Source: Polynucleobacter necessarius
Lineage (GTDB): Bacteria > Pseudomonadota > Gammaproteobacteria > Burkholderiales > Burkholderiaceae
NCBI RefSeq assembly: GCF_900095195.1
Contig: NZ_LT606950.1
Coordinates: 210,001 to 242,000, forward strand
Direction of reading: 5' to 3'
DNA length: 32,000 nucleotides
Part shown: positions 1 through 8,876 of the stretch, piece after piece
Position numbering within the stretch: position 1 is the stretch's first letter
Layout: each line of letters opens with the position of its first letter
Notes under the pieces: generated by a model
Told to the model about the DNA's origin: nothing
Database searches by the model: none
Seen by the model: only the letters and a program-made list of their open reading frames with translations
Position numbers and translations under genes: made by a program

Positions 1-912
1 GGCTGGCTTATTCCATTTCAAAGTTTTGATTGCCTTATCAGGATTGCCTACGCTCGTAATAATTTCATTTGGTCGAAAGAAGCTCGGCTCAATCTCAACA
101 TATTGCTGCCAGTCAAGGTCAAAGTATTCGAATGCTTTCGCGACAAAATATTTCAGGGATTCTTGTCTTCCAGTGGCAATCACAAAATCATCAGGCTGAT
201 CCAGTTGCATCATCAGCCACATTGCCTCAATGTACTCTGGTGCCCAGCCCCAATCTCGGGAAATATCTAAATTACCAAGCTGTAAGGTACTTAGCTGGCC
301 CGCTTTGATTCGAGCTGCACCAGCGACGATCTTTTGCGTAACGAAACGTTCTGGACGCAAAGGGGACTCATGATTAAACAAGATCCCAGTGCACGCATGT
401 AATCCATACGATTCGCGATAACTATTAATGAGCCACTTGGCGGTCGATTTTGCGACTGCATAGGGGCTGCGTGGTGCAAAGGGTGTTTGTTCGTTCGCTG
501 GAGCGCTGCCAGTATCGCCAAAGCATTCACTGGAGCCCGCATTGTAAAAACGTACGGGTTTATTCAATAGTCGAATGACTTCTAGAATATTGAGGGCTCC
601 AATGGCAATGCTCTCGATAGCCTCAACTGGCTGGTCAAATGACAGCCCTACAGAAGTTTGCCCAGCAAGGTTATAAATCTCATCGGGATCCACTTGCTGA
701 ATCGCGTTAAAGACGCTTCGAAAGTCGTTAATCGATACCGAAAGAAGTTTGACTTGGGCGCGAATGCCCAATGCATTCAGATTTTCAAAAGAAGAGGCCA
801 TCACATCGCGTGATGAACCTGTTACTTCATATCCTTTAGATAAGAGGTGCTTTGCTAAGTAAGCACCATCTTGTCCGGTAATGCCGATGATTAATGCTTT
901 TTTGACAGCCAA
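1..912 (-). CDS. gmd: GDP-mannose 4,6-dehydratase, short-type paralogue; first 304 codons only, 3' end runs off the window
   Basis: Absent from the ORF track because no stop lies in the window. My reverse-strand translation from TTG (912-910) reads LAVKKALIIGITGQDGAYLAKHLLSKGYEVTGSSR...IYNLAGQTSVGLSF...[14 protein letters not shown]...[20 protein letters not shown]...LGNLDISRDWGWAPEYIEAMW and stays open to position 1. It carries the Rossmann GxxGxxG, YxxxK and NHES/RDWG motifs of Gmd. An in-frame stop lies at 921-919, and the first ATG would delete the Rossmann motif, so TTG is the inferred start, 1 nt after the adk stop. Confidence 0.85.
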   Translation of the reverse strand, partial: MAVKKALIIGITGQDGAYLAKHLLSKGYEVTGSSRDVMASSFENLNALGIRAQVKLLSVSINDFRSVFNAIQQVDPDEIYNLAGQTSVGLSFDQPVEAIESIAIGALNILEVIRLLNKPVRFYNAGSSECFGDTGSAPANEQTPFAPRSPYAVAKSTAKWLINSYRESYGLHACTGILFNHESPLRPERFVTQKIVAGAARIKAGQLSTLQLGNLDISRDWGWAPEYIEAMWLMMQLDQPDDFVIATGRQESLKYFVAKAFEYFDLDWQQYVEIEPSFFRPNEIITSVGNPDKAIKTLKWNKPA

Positions 913-913
913 T

Positions 914-1642
<729 letters not shown>

Positions 1643-1682
1643 TTAGGATTATCCCCGAGAACCCTCAAATTCTTTGAAAAAT

Positions 1683-2447
1683 TCAGGGGTTTTTGAAAAG
1701 GCTGCGGATGCGTTCAAGATCTTCTGGTGTGTCTACCGCTGCAGGAGGGGCTATTGGCGTGGTATGAACTGCGATTCGGTAGCCATTCCAGAGCGCGCGT
1801 AGCTGCTCTAGGGCTTCCGCTTGCTCGGGCGGAGCCACCTCTAGTCCGGTGTAAGCCTCTAAAAAATCGGCTCGATAGGCATAGATGCCGAGGTGGCGGA
1901 AATAAACAGTTTTATCTGCTTGTTGCAAGCCACGCACAAAAGGGATTGGTGCTCTCGAAAAATAGAGCGCCTCACCGGATCGATTGAGCACCACCTTAAC
2001 AACATTTGGATTTTGAATCTCTGTTTTATCCTGAATCGGTACTGCAACCGTCGAAATCGCGCAGGACTCATGTTGCGATAATGTTTGAGCAACTTGATTA
2101 ATGAGTTCTGGCGGAATGAGGGGCTCATCACCCTGCACATTTACTACGATGGCACTTGCAGGAAGTTTTAGTATCTGCGCCAATTCCGCCAAGCGATCCG
2201 TTCCAGTTGGATGGTGAGGTTTGGTCAATAAACATTCAATACGATGTTCAGTACAAACCGATTGAATCTCAGTGGAATCGGTTGCGACAACAACACTGGT
2301 AGCTAATGATTTTTGAGCTTGCTCAGCCACGCGAACCACCATTGGCTTACCCCCAATATCTGCAAGCGGTTTGCGTGGTAGACGCGTGGATCCTAATCTT
2401 GCTGGAATGACTACCAAAAAGTCAGGGGTGTGAGTAGTGGTAATCAT
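1683..2447 (-). CDS. kdsB: 3-deoxy-manno-octulosonate cytidylyltransferase (CMP-KDO synthetase)
   Basis: 254-aa ORF. N-terminus VVIPARLGSTRLPRKPLADIGGKPMV and VNVQGDEPLIPP are KdsB signatures. It sits in the conserved lpxK-ycaR-kdsB order. Confidence 0.95.
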   Translation of the reverse strand: MITTTHTPDFLVVIPARLGSTRLPRKPLADIGGKPMVVRVAEQAQKSLATSVVVATDSTEIQSVCTEHRIECLLTKPHHPTGTDRLAELAQILKLPASAIVVNVQGDEPLIPPELINQVAQTLSQHESCAISTVAVPIQDKTEIQNPNVVKVVLNRSGEALYFSRAPIPFVRGLQQADKTVYFRHLGIYAYRADFLEAYTGLEVAPPEQAEALEQLRALWNGYRIAVHTTPIAPPAAVDTPEDLERIRSLFKNP

Positions 2448-2465
2448 GGGGTTGGTTAAATGAGC

Positions 2466-2645
2466 TTACTGTATTTCCTCAGCCGAGAGGCTGCGGGCTT
2501 CTTCAACCAACATCACTGGAACATCGTCCCGAATAGGGTAGGCCAGGCGGTCTGCTTTGCAGATGAGCTCAAGCTGCTCTGCATTGAAATGCAATTGGCT
2601 CTTGCAAAGTGGGCAAACCAAGATGTCGAGTAGTCGTCTATTCAT
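2466..2645 (-). CDS. ycaR: Trm112/YcaR family small zinc-ribbon-like protein (UPF0434)
   Basis: Below the 60-aa cutoff of the ORF track. My translation gives MNRRLLDILVCPLCKSQLHFNAEQLELICKADRLAYPIRDDVPVMLVEEARSLSAEEIQ (59 aa). The LLxILVCPxCK...YPIRDxIPVML pattern and the position between lpxK and kdsB are typical of this family. Confidence 0.85.
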   Translation of the reverse strand: MNRRLLDILVCPLCKSQLHFNAEQLELICKADRLAYPIRDDVPVMLVEEARSLSAEEIQ

Positions 2646-2729
2646 AGTTATTTTTTATCAGCGGTTCAGAACAGAAGTGTAGCGCGTAATTTAGTCAAGG
2701 ACATTATTTAACAGTTTGTGTCTGACGGC

Positions 2730-3815
2730 TTACAAGGTATAGCGACGGGGGTCGGGTCGTTGCAAAATAGACTGCATCCAATCCATTAGGTTGTCTGGAA
2801 TTCGGAGTGACATAGGAATAACCCAAATACGATCATCTTGCATGCCCAAGCATTTCACAGCATCTTTTTCGGTGATCAAAATGCATTGTGCTTTGATTGA
2901 AGAAAAAAATTCAGTGGTGTAGTTAAAGTGGTCTGCAAGTGGAATGTGTTTACCCACAACACCATGCCTTTTTACATCATCAAAAAAGCGCTGGGGATTG
3001 CCGATGCCGGCAACGAGAGCAATATTTTTGGGTAAAAAATGTTCGGCGATTTGCTCTAGAGGTTGAATGCTCGATGGATTAATGAGTTGATAAGGGGCGC
3101 CGAGATGGTTTGCTAAGTGGAATGATCTGCGGCCAAGATAGTATTCATCGATTGAGCTGGTTTTTTGATTTTTCTGAATACTCGTAAAGAGCGTAGCGTC
3201 GCGTTCACGGTTTGCGGGCTCGCGCAGTGGGCCGGCAGGTAGCAAGAAGCGATTTCCTTCGCCGCGATCATCGCGCACAACAAACTCAATGTCGCGACCT
3301 CCTTCACGGGCTGGCCAGCGCACCAACCCACGATGCTGCAGACCATCATCGCTAATAATTACGTCAACTTTAGGTGAGCCATTGAGTAAAGCATTGATGC
3401 ATTGCTGTCGTTTTGGGAAAACCCAGATGGGAAAACGATTTTGCAGTTTCTTAGCCATTAAAACAGGTTCATCACCAACAATAGCGGGGTCCGATTCGCT
3501 AGTCACTGGCAATGGCGATGTTTGCAAAGAAGAGCCATAACCCCGGCTGATGATTCCAGGTTTCCAGCCCAGTTGGGATAGTTGTTTTGCTAACGTAATC
3601 ACAATTGGTGTTTTGCCAGTTCCGCCAACCCGAATATTGCCAACAATGATGATTGGCACTGCGGTGGGCTTGGCTTGTTCAATGCCTAAATCCTGAATGA
3701 ACTTGCGAATACGAAGAGCCAATTCGTAGAGTAGGGAGATGGGCCACAGTAGAAGGCTTGTTGGGCCACGCCTTTCCCAAAATGTTGGGGCTTTTCGAAA
3801 GAAAGATGGCGCCAT
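2730..3815 (-). CDS. lpxK: tetraacyldisaccharide 4'-kinase (lipid A biosynthesis)
   Basis: 361-aa ORF with the P-loop IVGNIRVGGTGKTP followed by IISRGYG, which is diagnostic for LpxK. Confidence 0.93.
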   Translation of the reverse strand: MAPSFFRKAPTFWERRGPTSLLLWPISLLYELALRIRKFIQDLGIEQAKPTAVPIIIVGNIRVGGTGKTPIVITLAKQLSQLGWKPGIISRGYGSSLQTSPLPVTSESDPAIVGDEPVLMAKKLQNRFPIWVFPKRQQCINALLNGSPKVDVIISDDGLQHRGLVRWPAREGGRDIEFVVRDDRGEGNRFLLPAGPLREPANRERDATLFTSIQKNQKTSSIDEYYLGRRSFHLANHLGAPYQLINPSSIQPLEQIAEHFLPKNIALVAGIGNPQRFFDDVKRHGVVGKHIPLADHFNYTTEFFSSIKAQCILITEKDAVKCLGMQDDRIWVIPMSLRIPDNLMDWMQSILQRPDPRRYTL

Positions 3816-3824
3816 CTCAATAAA

Positions 3825-4202
3825 TTATTTCTTGGCTTGGCTGCTAAAAACAATATTGCTGAGATTGGCGTCACGTGCCGCTTCTAATGCTGTCATGACC
3901 GCTTGATGGGGTGCTTTTGCATCAGCGTCAATATTGACTTGCAGATTACTTGCTTGTGGACCAGAGGAATTGCTCCATTGCGTCAATGCTTTACTGAGTT
4001 GTGAAGATTCTGTCACTTTGCCGTTGATTGCAAAGCGCCCATCCCGACTGACGGCAATATGAATCTGTTTGGATTCTATTGGCGACTCATTGCCACTGGC
4101 TGTGGGTAAGGTAATTGCTAGCTCTTGATAGCGCGTAAAGGTGGTGGAAATGATCAAAAGGGGCCAAATGGGCCAGCCAGTGGATAGTAAGATAGAGTGC
4201 AT
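3825..4202 (-). CDS. exbD: ExbD/TolR-family biopolymer transport protein, N-terminally atypical/shortened, with no exbB partner
   Basis: 125-aa ORF. TTFTRYQELAITLPTAS...VNIDADAKAPHQAVMTALEAARDANLSNIVFSS matches the ExbD periplasmic domain. An in-frame TAA at 4217-4215 caps the ORF. The usual N-terminal cytoplasmic segment and the (I/L)NLxPxIDVxLVLL part of the TM helix are not recognisable. Confidence 0.7.
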   Translation of the reverse strand: MHSILLSTGWPIWPLLIISTTFTRYQELAITLPTASGNESPIESKQIHIAVSRDGRFAINGKVTESSQLSKALTQWSNSSGPQASNLQVNIDADAKAPHQAVMTALEAARDANLSNIVFSSQAKK

Positions 4203-4251
4203 AAGCTCAGTACTTTAGCTGAATTAATTGAGCCCATTCCGTAAGCGATCC

Positions 4252-4272
4252 TGTGGATAACTCTGTGTAAAA
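4252..4272 (-). promoter_or_regulatory. two adjacent DnaA-box-like 9-mers (a third lies at 4464-4472)
   Basis: 4252-4260 is TGTGGATAA, the reverse complement of the perfect box TTATCCACA. 4264-4272 is TGTGTAAAA = TTTTACACA, which fits TTWTNCACA. 4464-4472 is TGTGGATAT = ATATCCACA, one mismatch. All three have the same orientation and lie in the 315-bp exbD/xseA divergent spacer. Confidence 0.3.
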
Positions 4273-4350
4273 CTTTTCATCATTGACGCTGTAAGTCCTT
4301 GATTGATGGTTAATGGAGTAAAAAGCGGTCAAAAATGCGAGGGGCGATAG

Positions 4351-4387
4351 TTATAAATTCAGTATATAAATTAGTGACTTATAAATT
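4351..4387. repeat. three direct copies of TATAAATT in an AT-rich stretch
   Basis: TATAAATT occurs at 4352-4359, 4365-4372 and 4380-4387 (spacing 13 and 15 bp), read directly from the sequence. Confidence 0.5.
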
Positions 4388-4517
4388 AACTGTAGTATTT
4401 ATGAGACGATTTGGGTCAGTAATTACTTACTTAATGGGGTTTAAGAAGACTTCCGAGGGCTTCTGTGGATATTTGTTGCCCTCTAGGCTAGATTGTTTCC
4501 AAGGATAAAACGAAAAA

Positions 4518-5732
4518 ATGTCGGAAATATCAAGAGAAATTCTGTCTGTCGGCGATCTAAATCGCGCCATTGCTACCTCTTTGGAGGAGCGTTTCGATAC
4601 GGTTTGGGTTGGCGGGGAGATTTCGAATTTCAAAGCTTATGACAGCGGACATTGGTACTTTTCGTTAAAGGATGAAGAGGGTCAGATTCGTTGCGTGATG
4701 TTTCGAGGTCGAAATGGCCAGGTAGGATTCATGCCTCAGTTTGGGGACAAGGTAGAAGTCAGTGCAAGCTTGGGAATGTATGTCCCTAGAGGCGATGTTC
4801 AGTTGACCATCCAAACTCTTCGACGTGCAGGTATGGGGGGTTTATACGAAGCATTTTTAAAACTTAAGGCTAAGCTCGCAAAAGAGGGTTTGTTTGATGA
4901 AGAGCGCAAGCGCGCACTACCGACGCATCCCCGTTCGATTGGCATTATTACCTCATCGCAAGCGGCAGCATTGAAAGATGTCTTAAGTACATTAGCAAGA
5001 CGAGCGCCACACATTCCGATTGTTGTCTATCCAACATTAGTGCAAGGGCCTGAAGCACCCGCTGGAATCATTGCGGCACTCAAGGCAGCAAATGAAGAGA
5101 ATGTGGTGGATGTGATTTTGTTAGTTCGAGGCGGTGGCAGCATAGAGGATTTGTGGGCATTTAATGACGAGCAATTGGCGTATGCCATTGCGCACTCAGA
5201 TATTCCGGTGGTGAGCGGCGTGGGTCACGAGACCGACTTCACGATTGCAGACTTTGTGGCAGACCTACGAGCCCCAACCCCAACGGGTGCTGCGGAGCTA
5301 GCAGCACCAAGAAAAGATCAGCTTCTTCAAGAACTCAGTGCCATTCAGCAAGCGTTGCTGCAAAGAGTAAATCAGCGAGTAGAGCGAGAGGCGCAAACCT
5401 TGGATCAGTTAGCTCTGAGGTTGAGTCACGCTTTACCCAATCCAGATCGGATGCGTGAACAAATTACCGGTTTACAAAAGCGGCTATATCAATCGTGGTC
5501 TGTGCGAATGGATAATTGGAAGCGCAACCAAACACATCTTCAATCTCAGTTAGAGTTGCTAAATCCTCAGAGAACTTTGGAGCGTGGATATTCAGTTATC
5601 TTGAGCAAAGACAAAAACCCATTGCATGCCATCAGAGGTCCCAAAGAGCTTATCCCTAACAAAGAGTTTCAAATTTGTATGGCCGATGGTGAAGCTGAGG
5701 TGCGTTTTGCGGAGGTCAAAATAACCCCATAA
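4518..5732 (+). CDS. xseA: exodeoxyribonuclease VII large subunit
   Basis: 404-aa ORF. It has an N-terminal OB-fold region (LSVGDLNRAIATSLEERFDTVWVGGEISNFKAYDSGHWYFSLKD), a catalytic core (RGGGSIEDLWAFNDE, GHETDFTIADFVAD) and a C-terminal coiled-coil region. Confidence 0.95.
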   Translation: MSEISREILSVGDLNRAIATSLEERFDTVWVGGEISNFKAYDSGHWYFSLKDEEGQIRCVMFRGRNGQVGFMPQFGDKVEVSASLGMYVPRGDVQLTIQTLRRAGMGGLYEAFLKLKAKLAKEGLFDEERKRALPTHPRSIGIITSSQAAALKDVLSTLARRAPHIPIVVYPTLVQGPEAPAGIIAALKAANEENVVDVILLVRGGGSIEDLWAFNDEQLAYAIAHSDIPVVSGVGHETDFTIADFVADLRAPTPTGAAELAAPRKDQLLQELSAIQQALLQRVNQRVEREAQTLDQLALRLSHALPNPDRMREQITGLQKRLYQSWSVRMDNWKRNQTHLQSQLELLNPQRTLERGYSVILSKDKNPLHAIRGPKELIPNKEFQICMADGEAEVRFAEVKITP

Positions 5733-5749
5733 TCGGGGGCGGACATTTT

Positions 5750-5778
5750 TTGACAAATCGTACGTTTTTACGTACTAT
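5750..5778 (+). promoter_or_regulatory. sigma70-type promoter with an embedded operator-like palindrome upstream of yefM-yoeB
   Basis: TTGACA (5750-5755), a 17-bp spacer, then TACTAT (5773-5778). The perfect inverted repeat GTACGT-TTTT-ACGTAC (5760-5775) fills the spacer and -10 region. The GTAC core resembles the TGTACA half-sites known for YefM-YoeB autoregulation. An AAAGGAG ribosome-binding site lies 7 nt before the ATG at 5799. Confidence 0.5.
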
Positions 5779-5798
5779 TATCCAAAAGGAGCCAAAAT

Positions 5799-6041
5799 AT
5801 GACTACATTGACTGCAAGCGAGGCTAGGGCGGGTTTATACCGCTTGATTGATCAGGCGGCTGAATCTCATAAACCAGTGCTAATTTCTGGCAAGCGGGCT
5901 AATGCTGTGTTGATTTCGGAAGAGGATTGGAGCGCAATTCAGGAGACTCTTTACCTCCTATCAATACCGAGTATGCGTGAATCGATCAAAAATGCAATGA
6001 CAGAACCATTAGCAAAAAGTAAAAAGGTGTTGAAGTGGTAG
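5799..6041 (+). CDS. yefM: Phd/YefM-family type II antitoxin
   Basis: 80-aa ORF. MTTLTASEARAGLYRLIDQAAESHKPVLISGKRANAVLISEEDWSAIQETLYLLSIP is a typical YefM fold signature. Its end overlaps the toxin gene by 7 nt. Confidence 0.9.
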   Translation: MTTLTASEARAGLYRLIDQAAESHKPVLISGKRANAVLISEEDWSAIQETLYLLSIPSMRESIKNAMTEPLAKSKKVLKW

Positions 6042-6301
6042 TTTGGGATTTGGTTTATTCCAAATATGCCTTAAAAGACGCTAAAAAAATTTCGGCTGCA
6101 GGCTTGAAAGATAGGGCTCAGGCATTGCTCTCTATTTTAGAGATTGATCCATTTCGAATTCCGCCGCCGTATGAGAAATTGGTTGGTGATCTGAAGGGGG
6201 CATACTCTCGCAGGATTAATATTCAACACCGCCTTGTCTATGAAGTATTTCGAAAAGAGAAAACGGTGCGCATCTTGAGAATGTGGATGCACTACGAATG
6301 A
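6035..6301 (+). CDS. yoeB: Txe/YoeB-family type II toxin (ribosome-dependent mRNA interferase)
   Basis: 88-aa ORF with a GTG start. It aligns by eye to E. coli YoeB: YEKL (Glu46 equivalent), YSRRINIQHRLVYEV (Arg65 equivalent), and a C-terminal HY dyad (MWMHYE). Confidence 0.9.
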   Translation: MVVWDLVYSKYALKDAKKISAAGLKDRAQALLSILEIDPFRIPPPYEKLVGDLKGAYSRRINIQHRLVYEVFRKEKTVRILRMWMHYE

Positions 6302-6304
6302 CCG

Positions 6305-7342
6305 CTAAAGAATATTCGGCTCGATCTCTAGGTTCACGCCAAATTCTTTTTTCACTTTTTCTTGAATGCATTTTGCTAGCCCAAGAATATCTTGGGCTGT
6401 GCCATTCCCATAATTTACGAGAACCAGCGCTTGCTTTTCATAAACCCCCACATTTCCCATGCGTTCGCCTTTAAGACAGCACTGGCCTATTAGCCAGCCT
6501 GCCGCCAATTTTCGTTTGCCTGCAATATCAGGATAAGAAACCAAGTTCGGGTATTTCAGGAGCAGAGTTTCATATTGTTCAACGGGGATGATGGGGTTCT
6601 GAAAGAAACTGCCAGCGTTACCAATGATCTTAGGGTCAGGTAGCTTTTGGGTGCGAATTTTACAAACGGCTAGAAAGATTTCTTCTGGGGTAGGGGTGGG
6701 GTTGTTTGAAAACTGTTGCGCTAAATCCGCATAATGAATTCTGGGTTGCCATTCTTTCGGAATTTCAAAGACTACATTGGTCACAATAAAGCGATTAGGC
6801 TGTTGCTTGAAGTAGCTATCTCGATACGCAAATTGACAGGCTTCTTTTGGAAGGGTAGTCAGGGTTTGGGTCCGAATGTCAAATGCTTGAACCGAATGAA
6901 TATATTGGGCAAGCTCAACGCCATAGGCGCCAATGTTTTGTATCGGCGCCGCACCAACCGTGCCTGGAATGAGGGCTAAGTTTTCTAGACCGGGCAAATC
7001 ATTTTCGAGTGTCCAAGCAACCAATTCATGCCAGATAACTCCGCCCCTTACTGAAAGTAAGGTAGATTGGGCGTCGGCAGAAATAATCTCTTGGCCTGGG
7101 ATATTCATGAGCAGGGTAGCGCCTCGCAGGGTTGCGGGTAAAACGACATTACTGCCACCCCCCAACACTCTCCAAGAGAGTTGCTGCCGCAAAATTTCCC
7201 CCATCACGGCAGGAATTTGATCTGCAGCAGTGATCTCGTATGCCAATTCGGCGTTCGCCTCTAATCCAAAGGTATTGCGTTCCCGAAGACTCAGATTTCG
7301 GATGAATTTCGCTGCGCTAGGCACCATTGGATGGGAGTTCAT
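6305..7342 (-). CDS. murB: UDP-N-acetylenolpyruvoylglucosamine reductase
   Basis: 345-aa ORF with an FAD-binding domain (LRERNTFGLEANAE, VLGGGSNVV) and a MurB C-terminal domain (GSFFQNP, AAGWLI). Confidence 0.95.
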   Translation of the reverse strand: MNSHPMVPSAAKFIRNLSLRERNTFGLEANAELAYEITAADQIPAVMGEILRQQLSWRVLGGGSNVVLPATLRGATLLMNIPGQEIISADAQSTLLSVRGGVIWHELVAWTLENDLPGLENLALIPGTVGAAPIQNIGAYGVELAQYIHSVQAFDIRTQTLTTLPKEACQFAYRDSYFKQQPNRFIVTNVVFEIPKEWQPRIHYADLAQQFSNNPTPTPEEIFLAVCKIRTQKLPDPKIIGNAGSFFQNPIIPVEQYETLLLKYPNLVSYPDIAGKRKLAAGWLIGQCCLKGERMGNVGVYEKQALVLVNYGNGTAQDILGLAKCIQEKVKKEFGVNLEIEPNIL

Positions 7343-7443
7343 GCCACAATCTTATTCGAATGTACGCCAATTGCTCTGAAAAATGGCTAGGCGATCAATT
7401 TGAGCAAAATACCGAGTCATTGAATTAATAGTAGGAGTCATGA

Positions 7444-7929
7444 ATGCCCTCATTTGACGTTGTATGCGAACCAGACATGGTTGAACTTAAAAATGCGATT
7501 GAACAATCCAATAAAGAAATCAGCAATCGCTTTGATTTCAAGGGTTCTGACAGCCGCGTAGAGCAAGAAGATGAAGCCTTGATTTTATTTGCAGACGATG
7601 AGTTCAAGCTCGGTCAGGTGCGCGATGTTTTGATCGGTAAGATGGCAAAACGGAATGTCGATGTGCGCTATCTCAAGGATGACAAGACCGAAACTATTGG
7701 CGGTGATAAGCGTAAGCAAACCATGAAGATTCAAAAAGGGATTACTTCCGATCTATCAAAAAAAGTTGTGCGCATTATTAAAGACAGCAAGCTCAAAGTA
7801 CAGACAAGTATTCAAGGAGATGCTGTACGTGTGACGGGTGCTAAGCGTGATGCTTTGCAAGCAACCATGGCTTTGCTGAAGAAAAATGTTACTGAGGCGC
7901 CCCTCGGTTTTAATAACTTCCGTGACTAA
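7444..7929 (+). CDS. yajQ: YajQ-family nucleotide/cyclic-di-GMP-binding protein (UPF0234)
   Basis: 161-aa [38 protein letters not shown] is the canonical YajQ N-terminus. Confidence 0.92.
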   Translation: MPSFDVVCEPDMVELKNAIEQSNKEISNRFDFKGSDSRVEQEDEALILFADDEFKLGQVRDVLIGKMAKRNVDVRYLKDDKTETIGGDKRKQTMKIQKGITSDLSKKVVRIIKDSKLKVQTSIQGDAVRVTGAKRDALQATMALLKKNVTEAPLGFNNFRD

Positions 7930-8845
7930 TGAATCTGCGAAGGTCGCCCCAGCAAGCACTGAGGCGATCGAACATTTTTGCGATGCCTGCTGGCTAGGGG
8001 ATGGGCTCTCAAAAAATAGCTTGTCAGCATACCGAAGGGATTTATTACTTTTTGCGCAGTGGCTTTACCAAGATTCTGGATCAGATCTGTATGCGGTTCA
8101 GGAAAAAGATGTAACAGCCTATATTGCACATCGTCGTGCTGACAAGGCTGCTACTGCAAATCGACGCCTTACTGTATTCAAGCGGTTCTACCGACATGCT
8201 TTACGCATGAACCTCGTAAAAAGTGATCCCTGTATTGGATTGCGAGCCGCAAAACAGGCTTTGCGTTTCCCGAAAACGTTAAGCGAGGATCAAGTAACAG
8301 CCTTATTAAATGCACCCGATATTGATACCCCTCTGGGATTGCGTGATCGCACCATGCTGGAACTGATGTATGCCAGTGGTTTGCGTGTTTCTGAAATTGT
8401 TTCCCTGAAAACGGTTGCCTTGGGTATGAATGAGGGCGTAGTGCGCATCGTCAATGGTAAGGGGGGTAAGGAACGTTTGGTGCCATTTGGTGGTGAAGCG
8501 GGGCAATGGTTGAGGCGGTATTTTGCAGAGGCGCGCATACCCTTGTTAGAGGGAAAGTTGAGCGATGCAGTTTTTGTCGGACGTCACACTGGCACTGCCT
8601 TAACAAGACAAGCATTCTGGGTGCTCATTAAGCGTTATGCGGTGCTAGCTAACATTCCGGTGGCGCTATCGCCGCATACTCTTCGACATGCCTTCGCCAC
8701 GCATTTATTGAATCATGGAGCAGATTTAAGGGTGGTCCAGTTATTGCTGGGCCATGTTGATATCTCTACTACCCAAATTTATACCCATGTCGCTAGGGAG
8801 CGCCTCAAATCAATTCACCAGCAACATCATCCCCGCGGTTCCTGA
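7886..8845 (+). CDS. xerD: site-specific tyrosine recombinase XerD
   Basis: N-terminal SAM-like domain ([26 protein letters not shown]) and catalytic domain with [47 protein letters not shown]. The start is uncertain: ATG 7886 overlaps yajQ by 44 nt, while in-frame GTG 7922 would overlap it by only 8 nt. Confidence 0.9.
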   Translation: MLLRRPSVLITSVTNESAKVAPASTEAIEHFCDACWLGDGLSKNSLSAYRRDLLLFAQWLYQDSGSDLYAVQEKDVTAYIAHRRADKAATANRRLTVFKRFYRHALRMNLVKSDPCIGLRAAKQALRFPKTLSEDQVTALLNAPDIDTPLGLRDRTMLELMYASGLRVSEIVSLKTVALGMNEGVVRIVNGKGGKERLVPFGGEAGQWLRRYFAEARIPLLEGKLSDAVFVGRHTGTALTRQAFWVLIKRYAVLANIPVALSPHTLRHAFATHLLNHGADLRVVQLLLGHVDISTTQIYTHVARERLKSIHQQHHPRGS

Positions 8846-8876
8846 TGCGAGCTATAAAAGTGTTTAAGATGGAGCC

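Noticed and set aside
4203-4517. The spacer with DnaA boxes, AT-rich repeats and divergent gene orientation as the chromosomal replication origin (oriC).
   Set aside because: My spot G-versus-C counts do not show a skew inversion. To the right, three 60-nt lines at 4561-4740 gave G 56 vs C 31. To the left, eight lines at 961-1200 and 2761-3000 gave G 114 vs C 103, not the C excess expected on the other replichore. There are only three boxes, there is no dnaA/dnaN/gidA context, and murB at 6.3 kb breaks the orientation pattern. I keep it only as a low-interest DnaA-box observation.
4427-4633. A 68-aa minus-strand ORF spanning the xseA start, considered as a possible ExbB remnant.
   Set aside because: It has no similarity to ExbB/TolQ, which would be hydrophobic helices. 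It overlaps the well-supported xseA 5' end and lacks an RBS.
5721-5750. A CCCC...GGGG hairpin followed by T5 after xseA as an intrinsic terminator.
   Set aside because: The stem is only 4-5 bp with a 6-nt loop and an interrupted T tract, too weak to call. The region is better explained as the yefM promoter.
7886-8845. The tyrosine recombinase as the integrase of a genomic island carrying the glycan locus.
   Set aside because: The sequence has full XerD signatures and sits in a housekeeping context (yajQ, plsY). It has no adjacent tRNA, direct repeats or phage/IS genes, and the glycan locus starts 3.5 kb further on. It is the chromosome-dimer resolvase.
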